64,000 bases of DNA from Octopus sinensis (taxonomy: Eukaryota), in contig NC_043006.1 of NCBI RefSeq assembly GCF_006345805.1, positions 92,504,001 to 92,568,000 of the forward strand, read 5' to 3'. Position 1 is the stretch's first letter; each line of letters starts with the position of its first letter. Position numbers and translations under genes: made by a program. Under the pieces are notes generated by a model. It did not search any database, was not told where the DNA came from, and worked only from the letters and a program-made list of their open reading frames with translations. Below are positions 1-13,240 of the stretch, one piece after another.

Positions 1-1539
1 GATAAATTTTCGAAAGGAATGAAAATTATATATATATCATTGGAAACACAATTAGACCTCATAATACAATGAGACGGTTGCATTGCCAAGCATTTGCAAG
101 CCTGGAGAACTACGCTAGCTAGACGTTATGGCAGTTTTGGTGTTACGTGTAGCGATATTATAACAGCCATTAGAATAACGTTATATATCTGATTGCTAGG
201 AAAGACGAAAGTATAGCAGATCCCCTGAGCTTATCATGGAGCATATAAAATAATCACATTTATTCAACTTTACACTATACACAGTACATTAACCTCCAGA
301 TGCTTCCAGAAACCAAGATTAATCAACTAGTTAATTAGAATTAGTTAGTATCATGTATGTTTTCACTTATTTCAGATATTAGGTGTTGTATTTACTAATC
401 ATGTCCACTCGAATCTTTTAATCTAATTTCACAGTCATTATCTTCACTTTGGCTATTAGCTTTTCTCATTTAGTAAGTGCCAGCTTGTATAACATCGCAA
501 AGTTACGGTAACATTTATCAACTACTTTAGAGATTGTAATATCAATTAATATTCTCATTCATTCATCTCCTATGTCTACCATTTACATTTGGCGAAAAGT
601 AAGTTAATAAGAATATTGAATTTTGGTAAATATATTCTTTTCATTTTCTTTTTATAATGTACAAAATATCAAAAGCATCAAATTTAAATGTTTATCATGT
701 TGGGATTCAGAAGAAAATATTCGAGTACACAGCACTCGATAAGTATATATTCTGTGTTGCTCATCTCGTAAACAACTATTTCAAAATTCAAATGAGATAT
801 ATTTAACCTCAAATGTGCATGTATAATCAAACGTAACCTGTTGTACTTACATGTAATAAACAACAAAAGCTATTAAGCAATTGATACGAAATTAGATCGT
901 TTAATAGAAACTGTCTGACATTAACACCTAGAAGCTACACATATTTTTTATTTCACTGATCAAACTTCAATTAATTCCAAGTCAATAATTTCGTTCTATT
1001 GGCAATATAATTTCAAGATTATGAAATAAATTATGAGCTACTGTAATTACATACTTTAGGTTAAAATATTTCATAGCGATAAATTTTAAACTATTGACAG
1101 TTTTGAATTTAAAAATAATTGAAATACTTTATTGGTTTGATAGTTAATATTGTCGTTGCGTACATGTATGCGTAAAAATCTGTGCTGTTGCATAACTGCT
1201 ACAATATGGTGGTGTGTTGAACTGTTTAGTATATCTTATATCAAGTATAATACGTTACTTAATGACGTTCACTTTATGCTAATGTAATTTGTTTCAGGCA
1301 CTTCTATGAAAATTGCAATTCGTTTGAGAAATAAAGCCGACAGTGACACACAGTGCACGTTTACTGCATGTATGAGTGAACTTGTTTCATTAAATATACG
1401 ACTGTGTTCAAGTTTTAGTTTTCGTATTTGAGATTTTTGGTATCTTCTTAGTTTCTTCTTGCAGTTAGTTTGGAACAATTACGTTCTTCATTGTGCATTC
1501 CATATTTTAAGGCAGTCAGTTTTATTCTGAGGAGCTGGA

Positions 1540-1790
1540 TATATCGGGTGCCTATATTTCTTAGACACCGGATGAAATCCTGTAGATTCCCATCAACTGT
1601 TTCTTGACTGTAAGTTGGTACGCGCAGAATTATATGTCGCCATCAAAGGTTGGGTGCTGGAATGTTTTTGTCCCTTGTTTACAAGTTGTCTTTGGCACTG
1701 CCATGTGAGAGGTGTATGGTTTGTATGAGTATTCATTTTGAGAAATTTTGTGGATGAAGGTATCATGTATGTGTATGTACTTCTGTATGT
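1540..1790 (-). mobile_element. Possible highly decayed 3' fragment of an I/Jockey-group LINE
   Basis: Minus-strand frames give NHTPLT / HLSHG and WRHIILRVPTYSQ, loosely like the GHTxLTHG...HILxECPxY C-terminus of RNase H-bearing LINEs. Stops and frameshifts present. Confidence 0.25.
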
Positions 1791-1828
1791 ATTCAGCCAT
1801 TGAATCGACTTCGTTACTTTGTGTGGAA

Positions 1829-2946
1829 TATAGGTGATCTGATCAATAATCATCTACTGTTGTCATAGTAACGAAGCCAAAGCATGCAGAATGATGCCAC
1901 TTGGCTCAGATTGAACTTGAACTCATCTATGCAGGCGCACTATGTTATAACGTTCTAGGCTCATTTCTATTCTTTACAGCAGTACTTGGAAGGAAGGTGT
2001 GTAGCGTGTGATCGTCGCATTGACCATGACAGAAAGTTGATAAAAGAATCATTATCAAATTTTACCAAAAGCCCGGCGATAACTGCTCAGAGGTCTACGC
2101 AAGGTTACAGAAAGTGTATTAGCCGCCGCACACAAGTGTACGAGTGGTTCAGACGTTTCGAAAATGGCCGAAAAATGTCGATAGTGAAGAACGTTCTGGA
2201 AGACCGGCAACTAAGAGAACTGGGAAAAACATCGCAGATGGGAACGCGGCTCTGATGGGAGATCGTCGAATAACCATCCGTGAGTTTCAGAGCATGTGCA
2301 GATTAGTTACAGTTCAATCCAGTCCATTATCACTGAAGATTTGAGTATGAGATGCATGACTGCCAAGATTGTACGAAAACTGCTTTCAGCTGACCACAAA
2401 GACACTTGGATTCCAGTGACACAAGATTTCCTTGATTGTTTCGAGAACAATAAAGACTTTTTGAAAACGGTCATAATGGGTGATGAATCGTGGATCTATG
2501 GCTATGACCCTGAAACAAAGGCTCAGTCTTCGCAGTGGAAGAATCCGACCTCTCTGAAATCGAAGAGAACACGAATGAGTCGAAGCAATGTGAACACCCT
2601 CTTGACCATTTTCTTTCCACTACAAGTGGATTGTTCATCTTGAGCATGCTCCATCTGGTCAGACAGTAAAGAGGTAGTACTACAATGACGGTTTGCACCT
2701 GCGTATTCAGCGCTTCTTGTGTAGCGATTTCAGGGCCTCGCGAAAATCAAAGGGAATGCGATGAGGCAGCTGCTGATTATCCCAGTAAACGAGTTCCAGG
2801 AATGCTTCCATCAATGGAATCAACGCTGGATTAAGTGTATGGTTTCCGAAGGGAAGTATTTTGAAGGAGATTAAATGCCAAATTGGTACGTGTTGTACTT
2901 TTGTTTTTATAACACCAGTCCGGATACTTGTTTATCTGACCTCGTA
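1829..2946 (+). mobile_element. Mariner (DD34D-type) DNA transposon, frameshifted and internally deleted
   Basis: Motifs QVYEWFRRF, ERSGRP, DRRITIRE, VIMGDESWIYGYDPETKAQSSQW and C-terminal FQECFHQWNQRWIKCMVSEGKYFEGD*. Imperfect TIRs (taggtgatctgatcaataatc / ggatacttgtttatctgacctcgta) ending in TA. Confidence 0.92.
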
Positions 2947-3429
2947 CAGACAGATGGAAAAGGTTTAAAACTATAGATACCAAATTATACTAATTTACTG
3001 ACTTGTATTTTTCTGTTTTTTTTCTGTTTGTCCTACGAAACATATGAGTATAAAAATATAAGTATATAAATTATATTTGCGTTTGACATAACCGCAGCGA
3101 TTAAATAGTTACCGTAGCGTTGAAAACACACATTCTGCATCATAAATACGTCATTAAAATCGACAAAATATATAATTCAAGAGAGGACTTCATCTTGGCT
3201 ACTCAGGGAAAATATATACATGCATGTGTAAGTATGTATAACATACATATTTGTATAACATAGACAGATATATACACATATACATACATACAATATCTGT
3301 TCCTTCAAAACGCACACAGAAAAGTAAACACATACATGCACAATCAGATACGCACGTACACACATAAGTATGTGTTTTGAGGAAAGAGAGGTCTGGGGAT
3401 ACGCTTGTGTATATATTTATATATTTCAG

Positions 3430-4300
3430 TGCATAGGTAGCATTAATTTTCCTTTAATTAATACTAGCTATCAGTGATTATAGACACAAGCTAATTAAGT
3501 AAATAAACAATTTTTAGTTTTAAATACTTGAATCATTTCATATTTTCTCTAAATCTTCTCTATTGAACTTACTAAGTTGTATATATACTTCATCATGATT
3601 TTAGTGATTAAGATATTTTATATCATTTCCTATGGTGTTTCTACCCTACCCGATCATTTTGATAGTTTATAATTGCCTTTAGACAAGCCTAAATTTTTGT
3701 ACCCCTATGAATCCATACTTAGCTTATAAAAACAATATGGGTATCTTTACAACTTAATATTAAACTGCTTAGATTATAATTTAACTAATTTATAGTAAAT
3801 TTGTTCTCTCACCTCAATGATAAATCTTCCAGATAACCCTAAATTTTAACTTTATACAATAATGGTGTATTGTTTAAAATAGTTTTATTAATTAAGCTTT
3901 TAATCCCTTTCTGAAAGTGTTCCATCCTCTTAATTTTGGTATTTATATTGGCTTTATACAAACAGCCCTTCCAATTAAGTACCCCTAAGAAATTGTAATA
4001 TCATTTATGGATTAACACAAATAACTTTTAAAATCTATATTATACCTTTTAATTTAATATTAGTATATAATTAGTATGTCCTTTTAACAATTATTCTTTT
4101 AACCAATACCGGGTTTCCGTCCTGATTATAAGCTAAATAAGTTAATTAACAATTTTTAGCTCATAATACTTAAATCATTATATACATTTTCTATAAATCT
4201 TTGCTATTGAAGTTAATAAGATATGGATGTTTTATTATGGTTTTTAGTGATTAGGCTATTTTTATTCCTTTTCTATGATGCTCTAACCTAACTGGTCATT
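3430..4300. repeat. Diverged long-period tandem array, left part (interrupted by the R4/Dong LINE)
   Basis: Block aaatcttctctattgaa...ctatggtgtttctaccctac at ~3550-3650 recurs at ~4195-4292 and ~7067-7162. Confidence 0.75.
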
Positions 4301-6322
4301 TTATTATCATTATTATTCTATGTTTGACTTTTGCTTTATGTCTGTACAAGTTGGCTCCAAGTCTCACCCAGAGACCTCAAGAGACAACAGGTTGGAAGTT
4401 CTGTGCCATATATTTGGGGTTTTTTGTTGTTTTTTTGGTGTTGTACTAGTGAATGTCTAATACATAAAAATAAAATAAAATAACAATTTTAAAAAAATAA
4501 AAAAATAAATAAATAAATAAATAAAAAATAAAAATAAAAATAAAAAAAAGTTTGTTTTAAACCTTGGGATTACATAGAGAGTATTTTGCGTAGGATATGA
4601 GCAGTTCCCATGAGCACTATCTTTTGAATTTCTGCCATTTTGGGGTTTCCTGTTATCTGGGTTAGGTAGCAATCAGTCCCTTTCGCTATCATTCCCAGGG
4701 CACCTATGACAACAGGTATTGTTTTAGTCTTCAGCTTCCAAATTTTGCTGATTTCTATTTCAAGATATTTATATTTGCTCAGTTTTTGGTAGGTCTTGAC
4801 GGATACGTTTATATCGATTGGGACAGTCATATCAATGAGGAGGCATGTTCTTTGTCTGAAGTCTTTCAATATGATGTCTGGCCTATTTGCATCTATCTTC
4901 CTGTCAGTTTGAATGTTGAAGTTCTAGAGGAGTGAGATGTGGTCATTTTCAAGCACTGGAGGTGGATTGTGTTCCTACCAGTTTTTTTCATGGGGCAAAT
5001 CCAGGTTTTTGCAAATTACCCAGTGAATATATTGTGCAGCTCTATCATGCCTATTGAGGTACTCTGTAGGCGCTAGAAGACTGCATTTGGAGACAACATG
5101 ATCAATGGTTTCATTTTGTTGTCGGCATACACGACATGTTGGGCTACTGCCGTTCTTTAATATGTTGGCCTGGTAGTTTCTTGTTGGTAGGCATTGATCT
5201 TGAGCTGCTATGATAAACCCCTCTGTTTCAGATTTTAAGCCAGAGGCCATTAGCCATTGATGGGTCAGGGCTTTGCCGATATCTGCATTATTCGCTCTCT
5301 TTGGGTATTTGCCACAGAGAGGTTTTTCTTGCCATTTATTATTCAGAATATCTAAGGCCGAATTTTTGGCACGGGTTTTCATGCTCCTAGCTTTTTCTGT
5401 GCTTGTTTCTTGTATGTCTATCTCTAATTCCGAAATTGGTTGTATTCAGAATTCACTTAGATATTCCTTTGCCTGCTTTGTGACTGAGTATGATGCTTTC
5501 TTGTTTTCATGTTTTGAGACAAGTTTTAACATCCAGCCCTTAGAGTTTTTCAGGTAGGTGTCAAGGCCAATTGTAACAATCTTCATTGTTATTGCCAGTT
5601 GCAAAAGACCACGGCCTCCCTCTTTTCTTGGCAGATAGAGTCGTTCTGTATCTGCCTTAGGGTGGTGCATTCTATGCATTGTCAACAGTTTCCTTATTTT
5701 TCTGTCGAGCTGACATATTTCAGTAATTGACCAGTTAACAATATTGAAACTGTAAGTCACGACTGGTATGGCTAATGCATTGATCGCTTCGATTCTGTTT
5801 CTTGCATTCAGCTCTGTCTTGAGTATTGCTCTCACTCTTCGATAGCATTCTCTCCTGATCCTTTCCTTCATCTCTGAATGCCTTATTCCGTTCCCTTCAA
5901 TTACCTCTTGGTACTTGTAGCTCTCCGCTGGGTCTAGTTCTTTTATGACGTTCTGCTGGTCAAGGTTAACGTTAGATGTTTCTGTCATTTTTCCTTTGAT
6001 AAAGGTAGCTTTTGCACATTTATCGAGGCCGAATTGCATTCTGATGTCGTCACTGAATTGTTTGACTATCGCTAGTAAGCCCTTGAGTTGTTGTTCATGT
6101 TTTGCAAAAAGCTTTAAATCATCCATGTAAATGAGATGATTTATATTTTTATCAAACATTTTATACCCGTACTGCGCGTCATTGAGCAGCTTTGAAAGAG
6201 GTATTAAGGATAAACAAAAGAGGAGTGGTGACAGTGAGTCACCCTGGAAAATGCCACACGAAATTTTTACATCACCAGCATTTAGGGATTCATTGTCACT
6301 GTTCAGAGTTAATGTGGTTCTC
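4300..6322 (-). mobile_element. R4/Dong-clade non-LTR retrotransposon, 5'-truncated (RT, CCHC and RLE endonuclease), disrupted ORF
   Basis: GIFQGDSLSP, HLIYMDDLKL, LYLPRKEGGRGL, CRVC...HVVSKC zinc knuckle, RHD motif, PDIILKD...LIDMTVP...KLSKY RLE motif. The 3' end runs into TAA repeats. Confidence 0.95.
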
Positions 6323-6323
6323 C

Positions 6324-6381
<58 letters not shown>

Positions 6382-6404
6382 ATTATTATTATTATTATTA
6401 TTAT
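6323..6404. repeat. (TAA)n/(TTA)n microsatellite at the 5' junction of the Dong-like element
   Basis: Near-perfect tat repeats directly adjoining the truncated LINE. Confidence 0.95.
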
Positions 6405-7520
6405 TGTAGCCTTAAATAAATCTAAACTTTGTATCCCTATTAATTCGTACTCAGCTCATATAAGGTAATACCGGTATCTGTACCACTTAAAATAGTTCAG
6501 TTTAATTAAATCAGTACGCAGTTGACATGTTCTTTAACCTCAGTTGCTCCCTTATTAAATACCAGTTAAATTCAATTCATCAATCTCCTTAGAAACCATA
6601 TAAGTTAATATTTAGATAAGTAATAAGTAAATAAATATTAAACTATTTCTTTGTAATTTTCTTTTCCTCCTTCTATTGTGGTAAAAATTTCATTCTTAAT
6701 AATCTTCTTGATTACCCTAAATTTTAAATTTATACAATAAGATAATGTTGTTTGAAATGATCTTTAGAAATTACTTGATTTATCTCTTTCTTAAATGGCT
6801 CTAACCTCCTGATATTAATTTTTACAAAGCCTTTATATAAAATTCCCTTCTAAACAAGTACCACTAAGAAACTATAAATATCATGTAGGGTGTAACAAAC
6901 CTATAATATAACCCATAGTAGAAAAAAAACGATTAGTGCAAAATATGATTGTTCCATGACTTAAATATTCCTCTAGCATCAGGAAAAGTATTTTATTGAT
7001 ATTAGTTAAATAAGTAAATATATAATTTTTAGTCTAATATATTTTGAATTATTATACTTTTTCTAAAAATCTTCTCTCTTGGTGTTAATAAGCTACATAC
7101 ACTTTACCATGTTATTAGTAATTAAGCAATTTTATTTCCTTTTCTATGGTGTTCTGCCCTACTTGATTATTTTATGTTATTTCGTTAATATTTTATAATC
7201 AGCCTTTATTTATTTATAAAATTAATCTAAAGTATGAACTCTATAAGTTCATACTTAACTGATATAAAACTATACAGGTATATTCACTACGTATAAAAAA
7301 CTGTTTTGATTATAATTTCATTAATATATAATTAGTATGTTCCTTTACCTCAATACTCCTTTATTAATACCAGTATATAGCAATCAATCAATATTCACAG
7401 ATACCATCCGATGAGCTGGTATTTAAGTGTACAATATGTATAAATATTAAACTATTTCTGGGTAATTTCTTTTCCTCCCTCTATTGTAGCTAAAGTTTGT
7501 TATATACTCAAAAGTATTTA
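6405..7520. repeat. Diverged long-period tandem array, right part
   Basis: 6405-6490 continues the unit broken at 4300 (matches 3675-3760). 6710-6880 matches 3835-4010, and 6630-6690 matches 7440-7495. Confidence 0.75.
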
Positions 7521-8127
7521 TAACTTTCTATCCTTTTGTTATAATATTCTTCTTATAGCAACACTGTTTAAAATATTTCATTATAGTACTACATGGTAAG
7601 ATTTCCCCTGTTTCATTATCAATGGTCTGCTGTCAATGGTGACCTCCTTAATTGTCAGCTAACATCTTGTTTTAAGTTTTCCTTTACCAAACCTCATGAT
7701 ATTGCTTCTAATAAATCTGTTCTCTCAGCCTTAGATATACATGGGATTTGATAAACTAGTCTATAAATTAAAACTGACGCCATAAAAACAAAAACAAATC
7801 AGTGACAGGCAGAGTCTGTAACAATGTATATCTTCTTGTAAACTTAGTAACTTCTATGCTGGCGTGGGACTGCATGTTTTTTTGTATATCTCCTTAACTT
7901 CTTGGAGATTTTAGTGATAATTATACTAATGTGTCCCTCTGTTCTGATTTAATTAAATTCTATGTCTTTGTGCAGCTGAAGATTGCACTGCATTTTTACT
8001 TGATGTAATGATTGCATTGTTCAATTAAATGGAGTTGCATGAAACGATCGTACTACATTACCTCTGGATATCCTTGTTGCTTATATATGTATATAAATGA
8101 TATAATATGTATATATATGTCTAATTT

Positions 8128-8212
<85 letters not shown>

Positions 8213-9299
8213 CAGTTTATATTGTATCTATACACACATTCACACGGACATATGTTACAGCATAAATATATATATCAGTATTGCAGACGAGCACACGCAC
8301 ATACTTACACACACACGTGTGTATGTGTGTAATGCATCTGTATATGTGATGGCCTCCGGCTCGAACAATTCTTTCTCTATTTTGACGGTATTAGACACTG
8401 TACAGTCTTGTCCAAACATCTCCAAAACGAACTGCTGAAAACTTGAAAATGAGACAGAACATAAGTGATGTTAAGCTTTTACAATTACGCTCGAAATATT
8501 TAGTGACCTGTGCAAAAACCGTTGCAGAGTTCGTGAAAGAAATGAAGAAAATTAGCCGTGGTCTGTAGCAACGCTCGCAGAAGTACGCCAATTATGAGAC
8601 TTCATGGAACCACATTATTTTATCTATAATTTTCAACAGCTGGGCGCCAGAAGTTGAATGCAGCTTAAATTAGGTCTCTGCATTACATACAATTCCGAAA
8701 CGACAGAGAATCAGACGAGAGCTAGATTATAGTTTTATATAAGACTACCTTATAAATTATTCAAAACTGACATAATACAAGTTGTGATCAGCTCATAGCG
8801 TTTCACTTTTATACCACTTCCAAGTTGAGTTTTGTCGGTGTTTAGACCGAAAGCACTTTTCTGAGTTAAGAATTGTGTCATATTACATTATACATTATTA
8901 ACTCACGCTTGGATCTCCTATTTGCAAATGTATTCCGTAGCAGATTACTTCTGCAGATATATTTTACGAATGCACTTACCTGCAGTTGTTAACTGTGTGC
9001 GTGCCTCTGATATTGCAGTTATTAACTGCGTATTCGTAATTGTGGATCTTAGATATCAATTGGTGACTTGCAGCATATGTGTCAAAGCCCTCTCTCTTCG
9101 ATATTTTCAATTTAGCTGAAACGGAATTATAAATACATTTACCGAGTCCATCTACATAAGTCCTTGTAAAGATTGATTTCATTAGAAACGACATCAATAT
9201 TTCAACAGATATTTGTTTTATATATTTTTTTATACAAAAATATCTTTAAGTCTGTTCTAACTGAAAAATGTGGGGACGTGGAAACATCTTGCTTGTACA

Positions 9300-11066
9300 A
9301 GAGTATCAATCATAAAGTCCGTATGTCACACGCCAGTTGAAGTTAGGGATCATCTGGAGAATATGCTCATTATTTCGAAGTATTCCTCTCAGCGGTTTTA
9401 CCACGCACCGTCCCACAGCTGATGTGAAACGCCGTCTATTAGACCCACGGATTTGTATTCGTTCGTCGGTACCATTCGGTATCATTTTAATTGCGAAGTT
9501 ATGTAGGTCTGACTTTCTCTTTAAGTAAATAGGTCCGTACTTCACATCATTTCTCTAACCAGGTTTCAACTTTTCCTTTCACCATATTCAATGGCTGCTT
9601 TTTGTCAACTGCCTTCTGGATTTCTTTCAAGATGTTGTTTGTTTCACGATGTTTGACACCAGCGGATGGCGACGACCGTCTCAATATGATTCCAATAGAA
9701 AATACAATTTCTACAGGAAAGTATACTGCAATCCAGCCAGCAACTATACAGTCTTCCGGTAGCATTTCATACCGCTCCTCTTTCGTAACGTGATATACAA
9801 CTATATTGTTTTTATGTGGAATAGTCAATTCAAAAAACTTTGTTATTTTATTTTCTGACGCCATTTTGCCATATCAGGTTTCCCTCTTTCTCACTGGAAA
9901 GAGGCGTTTACACCCTAAAAGATGTGCTGCCCATCCCAAACTACATCCCAGTTTCTTGTTGTTCACCCCTTTCTCCTATTTTAGGTAACTGCTTTGACAC
10001 AGGCGAACGAATGTGATAAAACAGTTACTGCCATTCTTCTGTGTTTTTGCAGCTGTTGGCTATTTCCCTCTGCTTCTCATAACATCTTCACACTTGATCA
10101 TCCGTCATTGCTGAGGGCATTCAATCAAATGCAGTTGTTTTTGTTTTTGTTTCTCGATATTTAACACAGTCTCTAACAGCCTCTGTGCTCTCCCTATATA
10201 ATCGTTGAAAATAGGTTAAATGGATGATAACCAATAACTTTGCGGTCATTTTGAATTACTTCCCCTATATCTTTATGCTCAAGTGTTGCTATTATGTCAT
10301 CAGTTTCTTTCTTTGCGTTTCACTCGCTATCTGGCAGATTGTCTCATATTTCTCCAGCATCGGACACCTTCGGAATCATGATTGTTTTCACCTTCCCTGC
10401 TTCGTAGATCGCAACAGTTGATATTAGTGGTAGTTGAAGAGATGCCCTCTTTCAACGTAGCGTTATACTGCTAATCGTTCGGGGAAGACCAAACCATTGC
10501 CTGATGTAAATACTACATTTTTGTCCCGGGATCTTTAGACAGTGCTGAGTAGTAAATGAATAAGGGCAAATGATATCGTGGGGTGAAAACAGACCAAACT
10601 GCAGATGCTAAATCTTGTAGTTGTCCAGTAGTTTTGCTTTTAATACATCGTCGGCGTGTGCCATGATCTCAATGCGTCTACTCTTATTGGATAACGAGTT
10701 AGTATACTATCACTCTAAATTTTTACCGGTTTGTCTTTAACCATTGGCACGATTTCTCCTGCTATTTCCCTTGTTTCTGCCAACCTTTGACAAATGACAG
10801 TTTGTGTGATTCATTTCCTTTGAACTGCATTTTTCACCAAGTAATCAGTCCATCCAGTCTATTGAGAACTATCTGTATATCCATTTGATCGCCAGTGAGC
10901 ATTGTGATATCACCCATGAATGCCTTCTCAGGTGATTTCACTTGAGCCATTTCTTCTGAGCAGTTTCCTGATTTAAGTAATATCTGCATTACAAATACAA
11001 ACCAAATGCAATTTACAGCAATTTTAATTTCAAGACGATGCCAGTCTGTTAGAAAGTTTTGTCATG
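9300..11066 (-). mobile_element. HERO-like (RLE-bearing) non-LTR retrotransposon relic
   Basis: Minus-strand translation gives FLTDWHRLEI, KAFMGDITMLT (decayed AFMDD), LITW*KMQFK, IAGEIVPMVKDKPVK, YIRQWFGLPRTISS, LQLPL, ITFVR, then PDM...FFELTIPH...KEERYEML...AGWIAVYFPVEI. Motif order is typical of HERO elements. Confidence 0.8.
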
Positions 11067-11084
11067 AATTTCATTTTGAAATTG

Positions 11085-11565
11085 TCAGTAGCTCCTCAAC
11101 AGTTCCTTAATCTTGACCCAAGGCAGCACTATGTCCTCCATGCTCTTGGTGTAGGGCTACGTGTTGAGACTGAGGCCATATGGGAAGCTGAATGGAGGCA
11201 TAATGTTACCATCACTAGTGTTCACTCCAAGCATCATGATGTTGACTGGATGTTTTATCACTCTATCATGTTTGCCCCCTAAACTATCATGTTTAGGGGG
11301 CAAGGCAAGCCAACGTTTGTTCTGTGTGTTCACCATGTGATCCTGACAGAAATTTTGCAACTTCAGGCATGCGAATGCCAAGCAGTACAGCATATCGTTT
11401 CTAAATTTTTGGCAGCGTTAATTGCATTATGGTGCTTCTTTTCTCACAGACGGTGCCCAACTGACCCTACTGTACTGTGCAGTCGACAAAATCAAAAACA
11501 AACAATGCGCATGCACAAAATAAAAAAAATTTTAATAGCGATAATTTATCCACGGCACCGTCTAT
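11085..11565 (-). mobile_element. Tc1/mariner superfamily (maT-like) deletion derivative
   Basis: KHPVNIMMLGVNTSDGNIMPPFSFPYGLSLNT matches the catalytic-domain segment of the element at 24265-25397. TIR-like end ...atccacggcaccgtcta. Confidence 0.75.
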
Positions 11566-11789
11566 ATATCCATACATATCATTGGTCAAATTTACTTACT
11601 TTTGTTTCCTCTCTCTCTCGTTTAAGTATGGTGTAACACACACACACTCAGACGCGCACGCACACGCACACATACTCGGGCGCGCACACACACACACGCT
11701 CTCATATATATAAAGGTTAATACTCGCACAAATTTATATCCCTCTGTATCCATATCGTTCTCTCTCATTCACTCTCTCTCTTTCACTCA

Positions 11790-11828
<39 letters not shown>

Positions 11829-12374
11829 AAGAAACAAAACAACGTATTGCATATATCTCTTCGAGAGAAAATTAACAGAGACCTCATTTCTATTAATCTC
11901 TTTCATTATACACAGCGTGATATACACACGCGCACGCATGCACACACACACACGCACATAATGGAAATAATTATATTTATTCATCAAGCGATGCGATCAT
12001 AAATAACATTTACATTAGAAGTTTCATTTCGTCTTCGTCATATAATCTGTAATTTTGAATTAAAAGAGATTTGCTTTTGAGGAAATTCTGTTTAAAAATG
12101 TAGATATGCATTGTTTACTGCACAAAATACGTAAATTATACAGAATGATGCAGAATAATTAAACGATAACAAATGAAAAGCATACTATTTTAGTGGACCA
12201 TTTAAAGAAGTTTATAGATTTGGAATCATATTAGCATTTTATTGTACGATTTCATGTATATTAGCTGTATTGTCAGCAGTCTTTATCAGCGAATTTTCAT
12301 TTATTTTCTTTGTGTGTAACAGCAACAGATGGGGAAATTATCTCCTCTGTGTATAAAAATTTATTGTGAATTAA

Positions 12375-12757
12375 CGCTTACACATATGTGCTCTTCATCC
12401 AATACTTTATGAGGGCAGGATAAAATTCTAGTGGAATATCACATTCTATTTCCAGCTGTATGTTGAGAGTAGTTTCAAACATATCTTGGAGAACTAATCC
12501 CTCCTAGAAACAGCTGTATGGATATCTTAGGCTTATTTCCACCATTATAAAGGAAAGGCGCTTGCAATTTGCGGGACACTGCTGGCGAATTAAACGAGCA
12601 TGGTCGTACACAAGAAGGTAGTCTGAACGCTACGTGTGTAGATCAACTAACCAGAGACACAAGATACTTCAACGAAGACCACCCTCAACCAATGCAGGGC
12701 TAAAATGGACGGCGTGTGCAGGTTAAAAATGTCCGAAGAAGCCTGAGTAGATGATGA
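12375..12757 (+). mobile_element. RTE/RTEX-type LINE 3' fragment
   Basis: MLRVVSNISWRTNPS*KQLYGYLRLISTIIKERRLQFAGHCWR, the conserved post-RT region of RTE-group LINEs. Short gat-repeat tail. Confidence 0.8.
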
Positions 12758-13051
12758 AGGCTATTTCTGGACTGGTCGAACGACCATGAGAACAGCTCTT
12801 CATTGATTTTTGTAGTGAAATATTTAATTAAATTCACTAACTAGGTTCACATTCTTTGTTAAATATTCTGAGATATATTTAATGAATAAAAAAAGAACAT
12901 TTATTTAGGAAGAACCTCAACATTGCTATGCTGTGTGAGCTCTCACGATGTATTCTTAAACCACGTTGTCGCATCCCATTAACTTTACTTAGTGAATATT
13001 GTTGAATTCCTGGCAATTATATAAGTCGTAAATATTGTGAGTGGACTATGT

Positions 13052-13090
13052 TTGTATGTATGTATGTATGTATGTATGTATGTATGTATG

Positions 13091-13121
<31 letters not shown>

Positions 13122-13179
13122 GTGTGTGTGTATTTTTATGTATATATATATATATTATATATATACACGTGTGTATTTT

Positions 13180-13225
<46 letters not shown>

Positions 13226-13240
13226 TATATACGAGTGTGT
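13052..13240. repeat. Compound (TATG)n/(TA)n/(TG)n microsatellite
   Basis: Visible simple repeats. Similar tracts occur throughout (e.g. 8131-8210, 18059-18240, 24046-24263, 41921-42060, 45475-45730, 62964-63200). Confidence 0.95.

Noticed and set aside
8395-8568. Short plus-strand open frame after a pyrimidine-rich AG (TLYSLVQ...KKISRGL*)
   Set aside because: No recognisable domain and no partner exons. Compatible with chance.
10641-10675. Minus-strand AHADD resembling an RT YADD motif
   Set aside because: The real catalytic motif of this HERO-like relic is the decayed AFMGD further upstream. AHADD lies in the post-RT region.
12507-12518. gaaacagctgta, identical to the 3' half of several hammerhead motifs
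   Set aside because: It encodes KQLY in the RTE fragment, and there is no upstream core or stem I.
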